A DNA stretch of 64,000 nt from Bacilli bacterium. Its GTDB lineage: Bacteria; Bacillota_I; Bacilli_A; RF39; UBA660. Made by a program: the position numbers and the translations under genes. Each line of letters begins with the position of its first letter. The stretch's first letter is position 1. A model generated the notes under the pieces. The model saw only the letters and a list, made by a program, of their open reading frames with translations, did not search any database and was not told the DNA's origin. Location of the stretch: the NCBI GenBank assembly GCA_017938725.1, contig JAGBAW010000026.1:9014-73013 (forward strand). Direction: 5' to 3'. Positions 40,988 to 52,800 of the stretch are shown one piece after another.

Positions 40988-42484
40988 GTGGATAATTTTA
41001 AAAAATATATTCCAATTATAATTTCTTTGATAATGTCTTTTATTATAATTGCTATTATAGGATTTACCAGTACTCAAGATAGTAAGATAAAAGAAGTTTA
41101 TAATGTATATTTAGATGGTAAATTACTTGGTTCTATCAATTCAAAAAAATCACTTGAAAAATATATAGACAAAGAACAAAAAGAGTTAAAAGAGGAATTT
41201 AAAGTAGATAAAGTATATATACCTAATGGAATAGATATTGAAAAATGTTTAACACATGATACAAAAATATTATCTGAAAAACAAATATATGAAAAAATAA
41301 AAGAAGAAAAAAGTTTTACCATAAAGGGATATGTAATTAGTATAAAAGACTCTGATAATAATGAAATAAAAGTGAATGTTTTAGATAAAAACATATTTGA
41401 TCAGGCAGTTAATAAAGTACTTACAGTATTTGTAGATTCTAAGGATGTTGATAATTATAAAAATGAAACTCAAAAAGAAATAGAAACAACTGGTAGTATA
41501 ATAGAAAATATTTATATAAACGAAAAAATAACTATAACTGAAAGTTATATATCTACAGATGAGATAATATTTACAGATGTAACTACTTTAACTAAATATC
41601 TATTATTTGGTTCCTTAGATAAAGATGAGGAATATGTTGTTAAGCCAGGTGACACTATTGAAACAGTAGCATTTAATAATAAACTTGGCATTGAAGAATT
41701 TTTAATAGTTAATCCGGAATTTACTAGTAGTAATAATTTACTTAGTGTTGGTCAGAAAGTAAGCATAGCACTTATTGATCCCGTATTTAGTATTGTTGTT
41801 GAAAAACATATTGTTGAAGATTTAGATAAACCTTTTGAAACTGTTGAAAAAGAGGATTCAAGTATGTATGTCGGTACTACGAAAGTTGAGACAGAAGGAA
41901 CAAACGGCGTTCAAAGAGTAACTGAAAAGGTTAAATATATTAATGGAGATCCTCAGCCCGCTATTATTACTAATGTAAGTACCATAACTGAGCCAATAAA
42001 TAAAGTCGTATTAAAGGGTACAAAAACGTATTCAAGTGGTTATAATGGTGGTGGAACTCCTGCGGTAGTATCTGGTAATTATGGATGGCCCACTATATAT
42101 CCTTACATTGTAACTAGTGAGTTTAAATATCGTTGGGGTAGGTTACATGCTGGACTTGATATTTCTGGATGTGGATTTGGTTCTCCAATATACTCAATTG
42201 CCAGTGGGACAGTGACTGACGTTGTAAATAATTGTCCAGGGCAAGGATATTATGGAAGCAGCTGTGGTGGAGGATATGGTAATGTTGTTTATATCAATCA
42301 TGGTAATGGTATGATTGTAAAATATGCACACTTGAATTCGGTAACAGTAAGAGTCGGACAAACAATTTCAAAAGGGCAAGTGGTTGGTACTATGGGGAAT
42401 AGTGGATCATCAACTGGTACGCATTTACACTTTGAAGTAAGAATAAATGGTACAGCAATTAATCCAAGGACGTTATATCGATGA
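40988..42484 (+). CDS. Membrane-anchored LysM plus M23 metallopeptidase
   Basis: N-terminal TM, a LysM domain (VVKPGDTIETVAFNN) and M23 motifs HAGLDIS and GSSTGTHLHFEV. Confidence 0.8.
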   Translation: MDNFKKYIPIIISLIMSFIIIAIIGFTSTQDSKIKEVYNVYLDGKLLGSINSKKSLEKYIDKEQKELKEEFKVDKVYIPNGIDIEKCLTHDTKILSEKQIYEKIKEEKSFTIKGYVISIKDSDNNEIKVNVLDKNIFDQAVNKVLTVFVDSKDVDNYKNETQKEIETTGSIIENIYINEKITITESYISTDEIIFTDVTTLTKYLLFGSLDKDEEYVVKPGDTIETVAFNNKLGIEEFLIVNPEFTSSNNLLSVGQKVSIALIDPVFSIVVEKHIVEDLDKPFETVEKEDSSMYVGTTKVETEGTNGVQRVTEKVKYINGDPQPAIITNVSTITEPINKVVLKGTKTYSSGYNGGGTPAVVSGNYGWPTIYPYIVTSEFKYRWGRLHAGLDISGCGFGSPIYSIASGTVTDVVNNCPGQGYYGSSCGGGYGNVVYINHGNGMIVKYAHLNSVTVRVGQTISKGQVVGTMGNSGSSTGTHLHFEVRINGTAINPRTLYR

Positions 42485-43248
42485 GGGTATGTGTATTATC
42501 AAGTGGTAGTAAAGGAAATTCATGTTTAATTACTACGGAGAAAATAAAATTATTAATTGATATAGGAACAACTTGTGCTTATGTTGAAAAAACATTAAAC
42601 GGATTAAATATCAATCCTACTGAAATAACTCATATATTAATAACACACAACCACGCGGATCATATAAAAGGATTAAAGATATTTATAAAAAAATATAATC
42701 CTATAGTTCATGTTACTGATAAACTGTTAAATGTTCTTAAGGAAGAAGTAGGAAACTTTAAATATGAATTATATGAAGATAGAAAGACGATTATTGAAGA
42801 TTTAGAAATAAATATTATAAAAACATCACATGATGCTGAAGACTCAGTTGGATTCATAATAAAACAAAGTTCTTCATCGATGGTGTATATAACAGATACA
42901 GGATATATAAATAGTAAATATTTTGAAGTACTATCTAATAATAATTTATATATAATGGAAAGCAATCATGATATAAAAATGCTTATGGAGGGACCATATC
43001 CATATTATCTGCAGCAAAGGGTAAGAGGGGATAAAGGACACCTATCAAATAAGCAAGCGAGTGATTATTTATGTAAATTCATAGGCAAAGACACAAAGAA
43101 AATTATATTCGCACATATCAGTGAACATAATAATACAGAAGAAAAAGTACTTGAGACATTCAATGAAACTTTGGAAAAAAATAATATGAATTTTGATAAT
43201 GTAACAATTGCAAGGCAAAATGAATGTACGGAGTTAATAGAAGTATGA
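42481..43248 (+). CDS. MBL-fold metallo-hydrolase (YycJ/WalJ-like)
   Basis: HNHADH motif. Confidence 0.75.
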   Translation: MRVCVLSSGSKGNSCLITTEKIKLLIDIGTTCAYVEKTLNGLNINPTEITHILITHNHADHIKGLKIFIKKYNPIVHVTDKLLNVLKEEVGNFKYELYEDRKTIIEDLEINIIKTSHDAEDSVGFIIKQSSSSMVYITDTGYINSKYFEVLSNNNLYIMESNHDIKMLMEGPYPYYLQQRVRGDKGHLSNKQASDYLCKFIGKDTKKIIFAHISEHNNTEEKVLETFNETLEKNNMNFDNVTIARQNECTELIEV

Positions 43249-43697
43249 TAAAGATAATATGTGTTGGGAAGATAAAAGAAAAATATTTGGTAGATGCTAT
43301 TAAGGAATATTTAAAAAGACTTAGTAAATACACTAAAGTAAATATTATTGAGGTTCCAGATGAAAATTTTGATATTAAAAAAACCTTAATAAAAGAAAAA
43401 GATAGTATTTTAAAATATATCGATGAAAAAGATTATATTATTACACTTGATATAGAAGGAAAAAACATATCAAGCATAGAACTAGCTGAAAAAATAAAAA
43501 ATATTCAAATAAATTATAGCGATATTTGCTTTATAATTGGAGGTTCTTATGGACTTCATAAAGATATAAAGGAAAAAAGTAACTATAGTTTGTCATTTTC
43601 CAAAATGACTTTTCCACATCAATTATTTAGAGTAATGCTTTTAGAACAAATATATAGAACATATAAAATAAACAATAATGAATCATATCATAAGTAA
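43245..43697 (+). CDS. rlmH: 23S rRNA (pseudouridine1915-N3)-methyltransferase RlmH
   Basis: MIKIICVGKIKEKYL, a SPOUT fold, and a GGSYG-like knot. Confidence 0.85.
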   Translation: MIKIICVGKIKEKYLVDAIKEYLKRLSKYTKVNIIEVPDENFDIKKTLIKEKDSILKYIDEKDYIITLDIEGKNISSIELAEKIKNIQINYSDICFIIGGSYGLHKDIKEKSNYSLSFSKMTFPHQLFRVMLLEQIYRTYKINNNESYHK

Positions 43698-43824
43698 CTA
43701 GCATGCGCTAGTTTCTTTTTGATTTAATAGTATTAAAAATAGTATAATGTAATTATATTGTAATAAATTTATTGAATATTTAAAATCTAATAAATAATAT
43801 GGTATAATTAGATAGGTGAAGTAT

Positions 43825-44478
43825 ATGAAATTATTTAATAATGATTGGGATGAAATTTTAAATGATGAAATACATAAAGAGTACTTTTTAAAAATATTAT
43901 ATCAACTTAGGGAACTTTATAAAGTAAAGACTATTTATCCTGAGCAAAAAGATATTTTTAATGCATTCAAACTTCCTTATAAGGATGTAAAGGTAGTAAT
44001 TTTAGGTCAAGATCCATATCATGGCGAGGGAGAAGCTCATGGTTATGCCTTTTCAACACACGCTAAAAAGTTACCACCATCACTTAAAAATATTTATAAA
44101 GAATTATATGATGATTTAAAAATAGAAAAAGATTATAGTAATGGTGATTTAACAGGTTGGCAAAAACAAGGTGTAATGCTTTTAAATACTGGATTAACTG
44201 TAGAAAAAGATAAACCTAATTCACATAAAAATATAGGATGGCATACTTTTACTGATATTGTAATACAAAAGTTAAATGAAAAAGATACCCCTGTTGTATT
44301 TATATTATGGGGAAATAATGCAAGAGAGAAGAAGAAGTATATAACTAATCCAAAACATTTAATTATTGAATCAGCTCATCCATCTCCATTTTCATGTGAT
44401 AAATTTTTTGGTTCAAGACCTTTTTCTAGGACTAATGATTTTTTAGAAAAAAATAATATAAACAAAATAAACTGGTAA
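43825..44478 (+). CDS. ung: Uracil-DNA glycosylase, family 1
   Basis: GQDPYHG and HPSPFS motifs. Confidence 0.9.
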   Translation: MKLFNNDWDEILNDEIHKEYFLKILYQLRELYKVKTIYPEQKDIFNAFKLPYKDVKVVILGQDPYHGEGEAHGYAFSTHAKKLPPSLKNIYKELYDDLKIEKDYSNGDLTGWQKQGVMLLNTGLTVEKDKPNSHKNIGWHTFTDIVIQKLNEKDTPVVFILWGNNAREKKKYITNPKHLIIESAHPSPFSCDKFFGSRPFSRTNDFLEKNNINKINW

Positions 44479-44529
44479 AACTATCTATTCAGTTTTATCT
44501 TTTTTTCATATTATATAGTGGTGAAATAT

Positions 44530-44805
44530 ATGCGAAGTATTAAAGCAAAAGATTTGAAACCACAATATAATATTATAGATATTAGAGGTAGAATTAATTA
44601 TAATAAAGCTCATATATATAATGCTAGAAATATTGATGAAAATAATTTAATAGATATGCCTCATATGTATTTGAAAAAAGACCAAATATATTATATATAT
44701 TGTTCATCTGGCATAAAGAGTAAAAGATGTTGTAAAATGCTAGAGGCACAAGGTTACAATGTTGTAAATGTCGAAGATGGTTTTGAAAATTATAAAACAC
44801 TATAG
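44530..44805 (+). CDS. Rhodanese-like domain protein
   Basis: Active-site CSSGIKS. Confidence 0.65.
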   Translation: MRSIKAKDLKPQYNIIDIRGRINYNKAHIYNARNIDENNLIDMPHMYLKKDQIYYIYCSSGIKSKRCCKMLEAQGYNVVNVEDGFENYKTL

Positions 44806-44819
44806 AAATTTATAGTGTT

Positions 44820-45359
44820 TTATAATTTAAAATCTTTAATATTGTCATCATTCATATCTTTTCCATCAAAAAATGTTTTTTCTTTATATTTTAGTATGTA
44901 CCCAACAATATTATATGGGAAAATTCTTATTAGTCTATTATAATCTGTTATTGTTTCATTATAGAACTTTTTAAACGCTCTTAATGATTCATCAATATCT
45001 TCAATATCATATGTTAATTTAATAACCTCTTCATCTGTTTCAATTTTATCATATTTGCTTTTTACGAAATTTACTTTATTCATTGCATCAATTAGTTTTC
45101 TATCCATTTCGAAACTACTTACATTTTTAATTTTAGTCAAATCATCCACAAGAGTCTTATTAGTTTTAATCTTCTCCTTAATTATATTATTAAGTTTTAA
45201 TATGATATCAAATTTCTCCCTAATTGCATCGTCAATTTTACCTTCAACTTCATTAATTTTTATTATATAGTCTTGAAATTTATTATATATTGTACTATAT
45301 ATAATAAATAACGTAAATATTATTATAATTAATATTATGATTATAATATGTATACTCAT
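44820..45359 (-). CDS. lemA: LemA family protein
   Basis: N-terminal TM, then a LemA helical domain. Confidence 0.7.
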   Translation of the reverse strand: MSIHIIIIILIIIIFTLFIIYSTIYNKFQDYIIKINEVEGKIDDAIREKFDIILKLNNIIKEKIKTNKTLVDDLTKIKNVSSFEMDRKLIDAMNKVNFVKSKYDKIETDEEVIKLTYDIEDIDESLRAFKKFYNETITDYNRLIRIFPYNIVGYILKYKEKTFFDGKDMNDDNIKDFKL

Positions 45360-45404
45360 CTATTCACCTTCTATAATAAAAATTATAGCAAAATAAAAAG
45401 AATA

Positions 45405-45767
45405 TTACAATCCTTTTAAACTGAAATCAGGACTATAATTTATATTCTCTTCAAATTCTACATAGTTTAAATAAATCATCAAAATCATATACCATTTACC
45501 TGTTGATGGGTCACTTATTATTAAATGATCCCTTCCAGCTTGCTCTACGATACCTGTAAATATTTTATCTTTCCATTCTATAGAATCTGGAAATGATACA
45601 TAGAATTTACCATATTTTCCTTTATTTAGTCTTAAAATATTTTCCACATAAGACTGTTCTAAAGGAAATTCAGTAGTACTTACTGTAGGTGCATATTGTT
45701 GATTAGGGTATCCTGCATTAGTTTGATAATTTACATTTGGATAATAGCCATTATTCATATTATTCAT
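45405..45767 (-). CDS. Spore coat protein GerQ-like
   Basis: Q/N/Y-rich N-terminus and NILRLNKGK...WKDKIFTGIVEQAGRDHLIISDPSTGKWYMI, the GerQ pattern. Confidence 0.5.
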   Translation of the reverse strand: MNNMNNGYYPNVNYQTNAGYPNQQYAPTVSTTEFPLEQSYVENILRLNKGKYGKFYVSFPDSIEWKDKIFTGIVEQAGRDHLIISDPSTGKWYMILMIYLNYVEFEENINYSPDFSLKGL

Positions 45768-45840
45768 CCTTTCTTTATAGCATATTCTTTAAAAATATAA
45801 AATATTCATGTATAATTAATAAAAAGGAGAAGTAAGTAGT

Positions 45841-46401
45841 ATGGAAGTAAAAATAGGTGTTTCAAACAGACACATACATTTATCAAGAGAAGATTTGAGT
45901 TTATTATTTGGTGATGATTATAAACTAAATATTATGAAACCATTATCACAAAGAGAAAATTTTTCTTGTGTGGAAGTTGTAAGTATAGAAAATAACGGAA
46001 AGGTAATTAATGATGTTAGAATAGTTGCTCCTTGTAGGGAGAAAACACAATTAGAAATATCGAAAACAGATGCGTACTTTTTAGGAATAAACCCACCATA
46101 TAAAAATTCTGGTGATTTAGATGGCGCACAGGATATTACAATTAGGGGCCCACAAGGTGTAATAAGGAGAAAATGCGCTATTATTGCAAATAGACATATT
46201 CATATGAATAGTAAAGATGCAAGAAAATTAGGATATAAAAATGGTGATATAGTTAAAGTTCAATTATTTGGAATAAAAGGCGGAGTACTTGATAATGTTT
46301 ATATTAGGGTTAGTGATAATTTTAATTTAGAATTACACCTGGATTTAGATGATACAAATGCACATTTATTAAGTAATGGTGATATTGCAAAAATAATATA
46401 A
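45841..46401 (+). CDS. pduL: Phosphate propanoyltransferase PduL-like (phosphotransacylase)
   Basis: Duplicated NRHIH metal-binding motifs (SNRHIHLS and ANRHIHMN). Confidence 0.8.
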   Translation: MEVKIGVSNRHIHLSREDLSLLFGDDYKLNIMKPLSQRENFSCVEVVSIENNGKVINDVRIVAPCREKTQLEISKTDAYFLGINPPYKNSGDLDGAQDITIRGPQGVIRRKCAIIANRHIHMNSKDARKLGYKNGDIVKVQLFGIKGGVLDNVYIRVSDNFNLELHLDLDDTNAHLLSNGDIAKII

Positions 46402-46488
46402 AAATATATTTTAAAATAATGAATTAATCTTTTATTTGTTGTATAATATTATTGTTTAAATTATTTAAACAATATAAGGAGGTATTTT

Positions 46489-47028
46489 ATGAAATTACAA
46501 GGAAGTAAAACAGAAGCAAATTTATTAGCAGCATTTGCTGGAGAAAGTCAAGCTAGAAATAAGTATACTTACTATGCTTCTGTAGCAAAAAAAGAGGGAT
46601 ATGAGCAAATTTCTGCGATTTTTGAGGAAACTGCAGGTAATGAAAAAGAACATGCAAAAATGTGGTTTAAAGAGTTGCATGATGGTAAAATTCCATCAAC
46701 ACTTGAAAATTTAAAAGATGCAGCAGCTGGTGAAAATTATGAGTGGACAGATATGTATGCTACTTTTGCTAAAGAGGCAAGGGAAGAGGGTTTTGACCAT
46801 ATAGCATATTTATTTGAAGAGGTAGGAAAAATTGAAAAACATCATGAAGAGAGATTTATGAAACTAGTTGGTAATATAGAAGATGATATGGTGTTTAAAA
46901 AAGGAGAAGAGACTGTATGGATTTGTCGCAATTGCGGATTTGTATATGTTGGTAAAGAAGCTCCTAAAGTTTGCCCAGTATGCGCACATCCTCAAAGCTT
47001 TTTTGAAGAAAAATCAGAAAACTATTAG
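46489..47028 (+). CDS. Rubrerythrin
   Basis: Ferritin-like diiron ExxH motifs and a C-terminal rubredoxin CxxC...CxxC (CRNCG...CPVC). Confidence 0.85.
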   Translation: MKLQGSKTEANLLAAFAGESQARNKYTYYASVAKKEGYEQISAIFEETAGNEKEHAKMWFKELHDGKIPSTLENLKDAAAGENYEWTDMYATFAKEAREEGFDHIAYLFEEVGKIEKHHEERFMKLVGNIEDDMVFKKGEETVWICRNCGFVYVGKEAPKVCPVCAHPQSFFEEKSENY

Positions 47029-47036
47029 GATTTAAT

Positions 47037-47543
47037 TTGAATAATATAGTGTTATTTGAACCTGAAATACCAGGCAATACTGGTAACATTATGAGAACGT
47101 GTGTAGCAACCAATACAAAATTACATTTAATTAAGCCGCTTGGTTTTTCTTTAGATGAAAAATATCTTAAAAGAAGTGCAGTTAATTATATTGAACACCT
47201 TAATTATCAGGTTTATGACAATTATGAGGATTTTGAGTCCAAAAATAAAGGTAAATATTATTTCTTTACTAGATATGGTAAAAAGCCACATACTTCGTTT
47301 GATTATTCGAATAAAAAAGAAGATATTTATTTGATTTTTGGAAAAGAAAGCACGGGTTTGCCAAAAGAAATATTAAAACATAACCTAGAACATTGTATGA
47401 GGATTCCCATGACTGATAAGGTAAGGGCACTAAATTTATCAAATTGTGCGGCAATTGTAATATATGAAGTTTTAAGGCAGCAAGGATATCCAAATTTATT
47501 ATTTAAAGAACCACATAAGAGTGAAGATTTTATTATAGAATAG
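47037..47543 (+). CDS. trmL: tRNA (cytidine/uridine-2'-O-)-methyltransferase TrmL (SpoU class)
   Basis: NIVLFEPEIPGNTGNIMRTC. Confidence 0.8.
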   Translation: MNNIVLFEPEIPGNTGNIMRTCVATNTKLHLIKPLGFSLDEKYLKRSAVNYIEHLNYQVYDNYEDFESKNKGKYYFFTRYGKKPHTSFDYSNKKEDIYLIFGKESTGLPKEILKHNLEHCMRIPMTDKVRALNLSNCAAIVIYEVLRQQGYPNLLFKEPHKSEDFIIE

Positions 47544-47551
47544 GTGATAAC

Positions 47552-47974
47552 ATGAATAAAAAGAAAAACAGAATAATTATTATTATGTTAATTTTAGTCC
47601 TACTTATATTAGGTTTTGTAATAGCATCTTTTATAAAAAGTACACTGGGTTATGGTGAGGAAAGAATTGTTAAAGAATTAACTTCAATGGGCGAAGAAAT
47701 CTATAATGATTATTATTATCCATCAATATCTAGTGAAAAAAGTGAAGAAGATATATCTAATTTTTTAAAAGCATATGAGCGTATAGGACTTAAATTTAAT
47801 CTTAATGAGCTTGAAAAGTATAATAGTAATTTTAAAGAAAAAATATCGAAATTTAAGAATAATAATAAACAATGTAACAAAGATGATACAATGGTAGTAA
47901 TTTATCCTAAATCACCTTATGGTAAAACAGATTACACATTAGAGATTAAACTAGAATGTGGTTTTAAAAATTAG
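47552..47974 (+). CDS. Membrane-anchored hypothetical protein
   Basis: N-terminal TM. 140 aa. Confidence 0.4.
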   Translation: MNKKKNRIIIIMLILVLLILGFVIASFIKSTLGYGEERIVKELTSMGEEIYNDYYYPSISSEKSEEDISNFLKAYERIGLKFNLNELEKYNSNFKEKISKFKNNNKQCNKDDTMVVIYPKSPYGKTDYTLEIKLECGFKN

Positions 47975-48014
47975 GCAATAAAATTAAATATTACAACTTA
48001 GTAACAAAATTAAA

Positions 48015-48043
48015 ATGGAGTAAAAAAATAACTCCATTTTTTT
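48015..48043. terminator. Bidirectional rho-independent terminator
   Basis: atggagt-a9-actccat plus T6, lying between convergent genes. Confidence 0.6.
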
Positions 48044-48077
48044 AATGGGGTTTATTTTAATTTGTCCTAAGTTAAGA

Positions 48078-48887
48078 TTAAAAGATAATAAAAGTTATTA
48101 TTCCTACTATTAAACAATATATTGAAAAATATATTAGTTTACCCTTTTTCATTATATCAATAAATAATTTAGCAGCATAGTATGTTACTATTCCAGCTGC
48201 AATCATACTTACTATATATGGAATTAATAACTCATTTAAATTTCCAGAACTAAATAAATCACTAACACCTAATATCATACTAGCTAGGCTAATAGGAATA
48301 TATAGCATAAATGAATAATTAAGTGCTGTTTCTCTTGTTAAATTTGACTTCATACCACCAACAACAGTAGCGCCACTTCTACTAATACCAGGGAGTAATG
48401 CAACTACTTGAAATAATCCAATTTTTATTGCGTCTTTTATAGTCATATCTTTTTTTTCTTTTTTACCTTTAATGTCTTTTATGATGAATAATAAAATTGA
48501 AGTTATTATAAGCATTAATCCAACTAGTTTTGTAGTAAAATATTCCTCTATAAAGTCCTTTACAAATAAACCAAGTAATGCTGCGGGTATAGTGCCAATA
48601 GCAATTAACCATGCATATTTAAAATTTACCTCATATCTCTTTTCTTTAGTTTTTATATAGCAGAAAAAATCTTTTATAATATTTATTATTTCCTTTCTAT
48701 ATAATACTAATATAGCAACTAATGAACCAAAATTAACAATTATTTCAAAATTCATATCACTTAATACTTCACTATTAAATATAGATTTAAAAATTCTTAG
48801 ATGACCGCTTGAAGATATTGGCAGTGGCTCAGTAAATCCTTGAATAATTCCTAAAATTAAATATTTAAGTAATAACATTTTTTTCAC
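48078..48887 (-). CDS. uppP: Undecaprenyl-diphosphatase
   Basis: PISSSGH and GISRSG motifs. Confidence 0.9.
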   Translation of the reverse strand: MKKMLLLKYLILGIIQGFTEPLPISSSGHLRIFKSIFNSEVLSDMNFEIIVNFGSLVAILVLYRKEIINIIKDFFCYIKTKEKRYEVNFKYAWLIAIGTIPAALLGLFVKDFIEEYFTTKLVGLMLIITSILLFIIKDIKGKKEKKDMTIKDAIKIGLFQVVALLPGISRSGATVVGGMKSNLTRETALNYSFMLYIPISLASMILGVSDLFSSGNLNELLIPYIVSMIAAGIVTYYAAKLFIDIMKKGKLIYFSIYCLIVGIITFIIF

Positions 48888-48940
48888 CTCTTACAATAAT
48901 TATATAATAATTGATTGAAAAAATAAATAAAATTATGTAG

Positions 48941-49171
48941 GTGATAATTTTGTCTTTACGTTTTTTTATCTTTTTATTTGGATTTGGTCTTACTATAATC
49001 GGACTAAGTTATATTATTATTTATTTAAATTTACTTTCAATTGGGTATAATTTTTTTGAATATGTAAATTTTATTATTAGACGTATAGAATGTCTAAATG
49101 TATTTTTTGGTATTACATTAATGATTGCAAGTGGTTTTGTAAAAGGAGGAAAAAATGAATTATATTTATGA
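48941..49171 (+). CDS. Small membrane protein
   Basis: 76 aa with two TM helices. Confidence 0.3.
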   Translation: MIILSLRFFIFLFGFGLTIIGLSYIIIYLNLLSIGYNFFEYVNFIIRRIECLNVFFGITLMIASGFVKGGKNELYL

Positions 49172-49820
49172 TATAACATTAAATTTTAATAAGAATAATC
49201 TATATGAGTTTTATGAATGGAAAGAGGAAGACGATCCCGAATTTGTTTTAAAAATACCTATGTATAAGGTTGATTTAAAAACATTTCTCGATTTAAAAGG
49301 TAATGATATAATTATTGATAAAAAAATACTAGAATCACTTGAAGATAAAACAGAAGTATATACACCTAGTACTATAAGTATAATAAGGTATGCATGTGTA
49401 TTCGCATGCGATGAAAGTACTATTGCAATTGAGTTTGATTCAGATGGGAATAGTTATATGAAAAGTGCATTAAGTATAGAGGAGGAAATTGAGGTCATTG
49501 AATCTTCAAAACTAATTAAATATTCAATATTAGATTATAAGATAAAAAATAAAAATAAAATTAAAAATAAATTTATAACTAGGAATGAAGAGGAAACAGA
49601 AAAATATTTAATTAAAAAATTAGAAAGTATGAAAAAAAATGGTGAGGAATCAAAATTAAAATACATTTTTTATGAGATATATAATGAGAAATTAACAGAT
49701 ATAGATAAAATATATAGTAAATTAATTAATATTGCTAAGAATGATGATAACAAATTTTGCAGGCTAAAAGGGATTTTATATTTAATGGAAAACAAAAAAA
49801 TTATGAGTAATAATTCATAA
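49155..49820 (+). CDS. Hypothetical protein
   Basis: ORF of 221 aa with a GGAGGA ribosome-binding site; overlaps the upstream small ORF. Confidence 0.45.
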   Translation: MNYIYDITLNFNKNNLYEFYEWKEEDDPEFVLKIPMYKVDLKTFLDLKGNDIIIDKKILESLEDKTEVYTPSTISIIRYACVFACDESTIAIEFDSDGNSYMKSALSIEEEIEVIESSKLIKYSILDYKIKNKNKIKNKFITRNEEETEKYLIKKLESMKKNGEESKLKYIFYEIYNEKLTDIDKIYSKLINIAKNDDNKFCRLKGILYLMENKKIMSNNS

Positions 49821-49898
49821 TTTTTTTATTATTTATTGCTTTTCTTATAAAAAAATGGTTTAATTATATTATAGATAATCATAGTATGGAGGATTAAT

Positions 49899-52800
49899 AT
49901 GAATAAGATAAAAGAATTTATTTTAAAATATAAAATTATTTTATTAATAGTTTTATTAGTAATAGCCTCTTTTGGTATATACTTCTTTGCTTCTGCGGAA
50001 GAGGATATATATGCGAATCAAATAGAGGTTACTAATGCTATTAGTAAAATAGTAGATGGCACGCCAAATGAAGATGGTAGTTTTGACCCTAATGATGATG
50101 CAGGTAATGATTCATCAAATAGTAATAAGATAGTTAGAAATTTTGATTCAATTACCTATGATGTATCATATAATCTCAGGTATAAAGAAAGTACTAACTT
50201 GAGCGCAGAAGATCAAAAATTGGATAACATTAGAAATGCTATAATTGATGTACTACTTCCTACATCTATAAGTGCAAATGTTTCTTATGGTGGGAATTCT
50301 GATATAAATCAGGGCCCAAGTAGTGCTAAAGAGGTTACTATAAATGGTATTAATTATAATTATTATATGTTTGAAATTAATGGTATAGATATCTCCTCAC
50401 CAAGGACAAGTAGTATTGTAGTATCAAATATTAATTCAAAAAATAATACTAAAATAGAACCTATTATAAGAGTAAGGGAAAGTACAGATCAATCAGCTGT
50501 TGCAATAGATAATAATACGGATATAAATAATATATCAAAATTAAATGTTGAACCTGTTATTGTATCTGCCAAAGAAAATTATGGCATTAAATTATATCCA
50601 GGGGTTCTAAAAAAGGATTATGATAACGCTACTATTCCTGTTGGTGTTGTTATTTATTTACCAAAGGATCCAAACAAGGGAATTAGAGGAATCGAGGTTC
50701 CAAGTAGTGTAGAATTTAATATGACTATAAATGATACAACAAATAGTTCTTCTATTATCGGTACTCCTACAATTAGTAATTACGATAGTAGCTTATATAC
50801 AATAGATGGACTTCCATCAGCTGATGCTACTAATAATGGTAATGCTGGAATTATAGTAAATGGCAATACATTCACATTAAACTTTACGGAATTAAAGTTC
50901 AGCAATAATGCTGTTTCAATAAATGATGTTGATGTTAACTATTTATCATCAAAGATGGTGCTATTTAATGTTCAAAGGACAACACCAAAAGCAAATATAA
51001 CCTATTCAATAGGTGCAACAAATGGTGTAATAACAAGTAATAATATAGAAATGAATTATAATTATGATCCTTATATTGGTGATTATAAAACAAAAGTTGA
51101 GTTTGTTAATAAAAATGGCTCAATACCAAATCCAGGGGAGGCAACATATTACTTTAATGAAGAATTTGATATAAAAAATACAATTCAATATGGATTTAAT
51201 GGAACTTACTCAGGTGATAATCTTAATGGCTTTGTAAATTATTTAAAAATAGATGAAGATGCAATTGAACTATTAGAGTCTGATAATATTAGTGATGAAA
51301 CAAAGGATTATATAGTTAAGTTCTCTGGTACAGATAGTCCAACTAAGGATAACTATTCAGTTAAGTATGGTGTTGGAAAGTGGGATTCATCATATTTTGA
51401 AATTAGTGGTACATGCCATATATCAAGTAAAGAGGATTTAATGAATTATTATGGTAGTTCATGCGTAAATGATAAAAATATTGTATGGTATGATACTATC
51501 GAAGAAGCAAAGAAAAATGGAAGTATAATACTTATACAATTTGATTATTCTGGTGATTTTTCCGCAGGAACTAGTGCTACATTAACTTTTAAAGCAAGGG
51601 CAAAAAATAATAGTTCAAACGTGGGGAGCACATTTGCTGTAATATCAAAAGGTATTACTACTTGGAATGATAATACATATTATTTATCTGAAACGCCAAT
51701 GCCTTTACTTGATTCTAGTACAGGGGACACAAGTATGTACTACAAAAAGACAGAATATGATGCTAATCACAATATTATAGCGAACACTAATAATCCATCG
51801 GGTAGTTATGGTAATACATTACTAGTTTCTGCATTTAAAGTTGGTTTTGATAGTATTATTACTAAAAATAGTTATGATAGTGAAAAAAGTACAATATATT
51901 CTGGACTAGATGATCCAGTTGAAATAATTTTAACGCCTACACTTTCAACTTATGTGGGGAATAAGATCGAGTCTGTTTCTATAAATGTTGTTTTACCACA
52001 AGGATTAGAATTATATATTAAAAAGGGAGATAAGATTCCTACTATTGATAATGCTGCTCCATCATATAAGACTCTTATGTATAGTTTCACAAGTGATGAA
52101 ATTGCAAAAAATAATGGTAAAATACCAAATCTCATACTTCATGCATATATATCGGTAGGGACTCCTGATAATACAATAGCGGATATAACGGCCGCAATAG
52201 ATGCAGTGGTTAGTAATGGTGATAAAAAATATTCTTCAATTACGTCAATAGATAAAAGAACAATAGGTGCAAGATTAACTTTAAGAAATACAAATAAGAT
52301 TAATGCACTTGGCACAATTAATCAAACTTATATTGATAAAAATGGAGAATTTACATATAAAATGAGGGCATCAAATTTATCAAGTGATGCAGCAACATTA
52401 GAATTATTAAATATACTACCATATTCAGGTGATAGTATTGGGGATGGTTCCAAATTTTCTGGTACATTGTCAGTAGCAATACAAGATGTTTTACCTGAAG
52501 GATATAAGATATATTATACTAGTGATGCGGCAAAGACAATACTTAAAAATGAAATTGATTCATCAGAGATAAAATGGATTGAATGGTCTGATTATAATAC
52601 ATATCGTAAAGATATAACAGCAATAAAAATAGTGTCAACATCACAGATCGCCTCTGGAGGATATTTTGTAAATGATACTGGTTTAACATTAAAAATAAAA
52701 ACTGATGGGAACAAAGAAACTGATATTTATTATAATAATTTCTATATATTAGAAAGAAATGCAAAATTATGTGAAGATGGTTCATCAGATTTACAAACAC

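Noticed and set aside
40990-40998. A perfect DnaA box (TGTGGATAA, the reverse complement of TTATCCACA)
   Set aside because: It is a single isolated 9-mer inside the start of a coding gene. A match is expected by chance about once in a window this size, and there is no cluster or AT-rich unwinding element.
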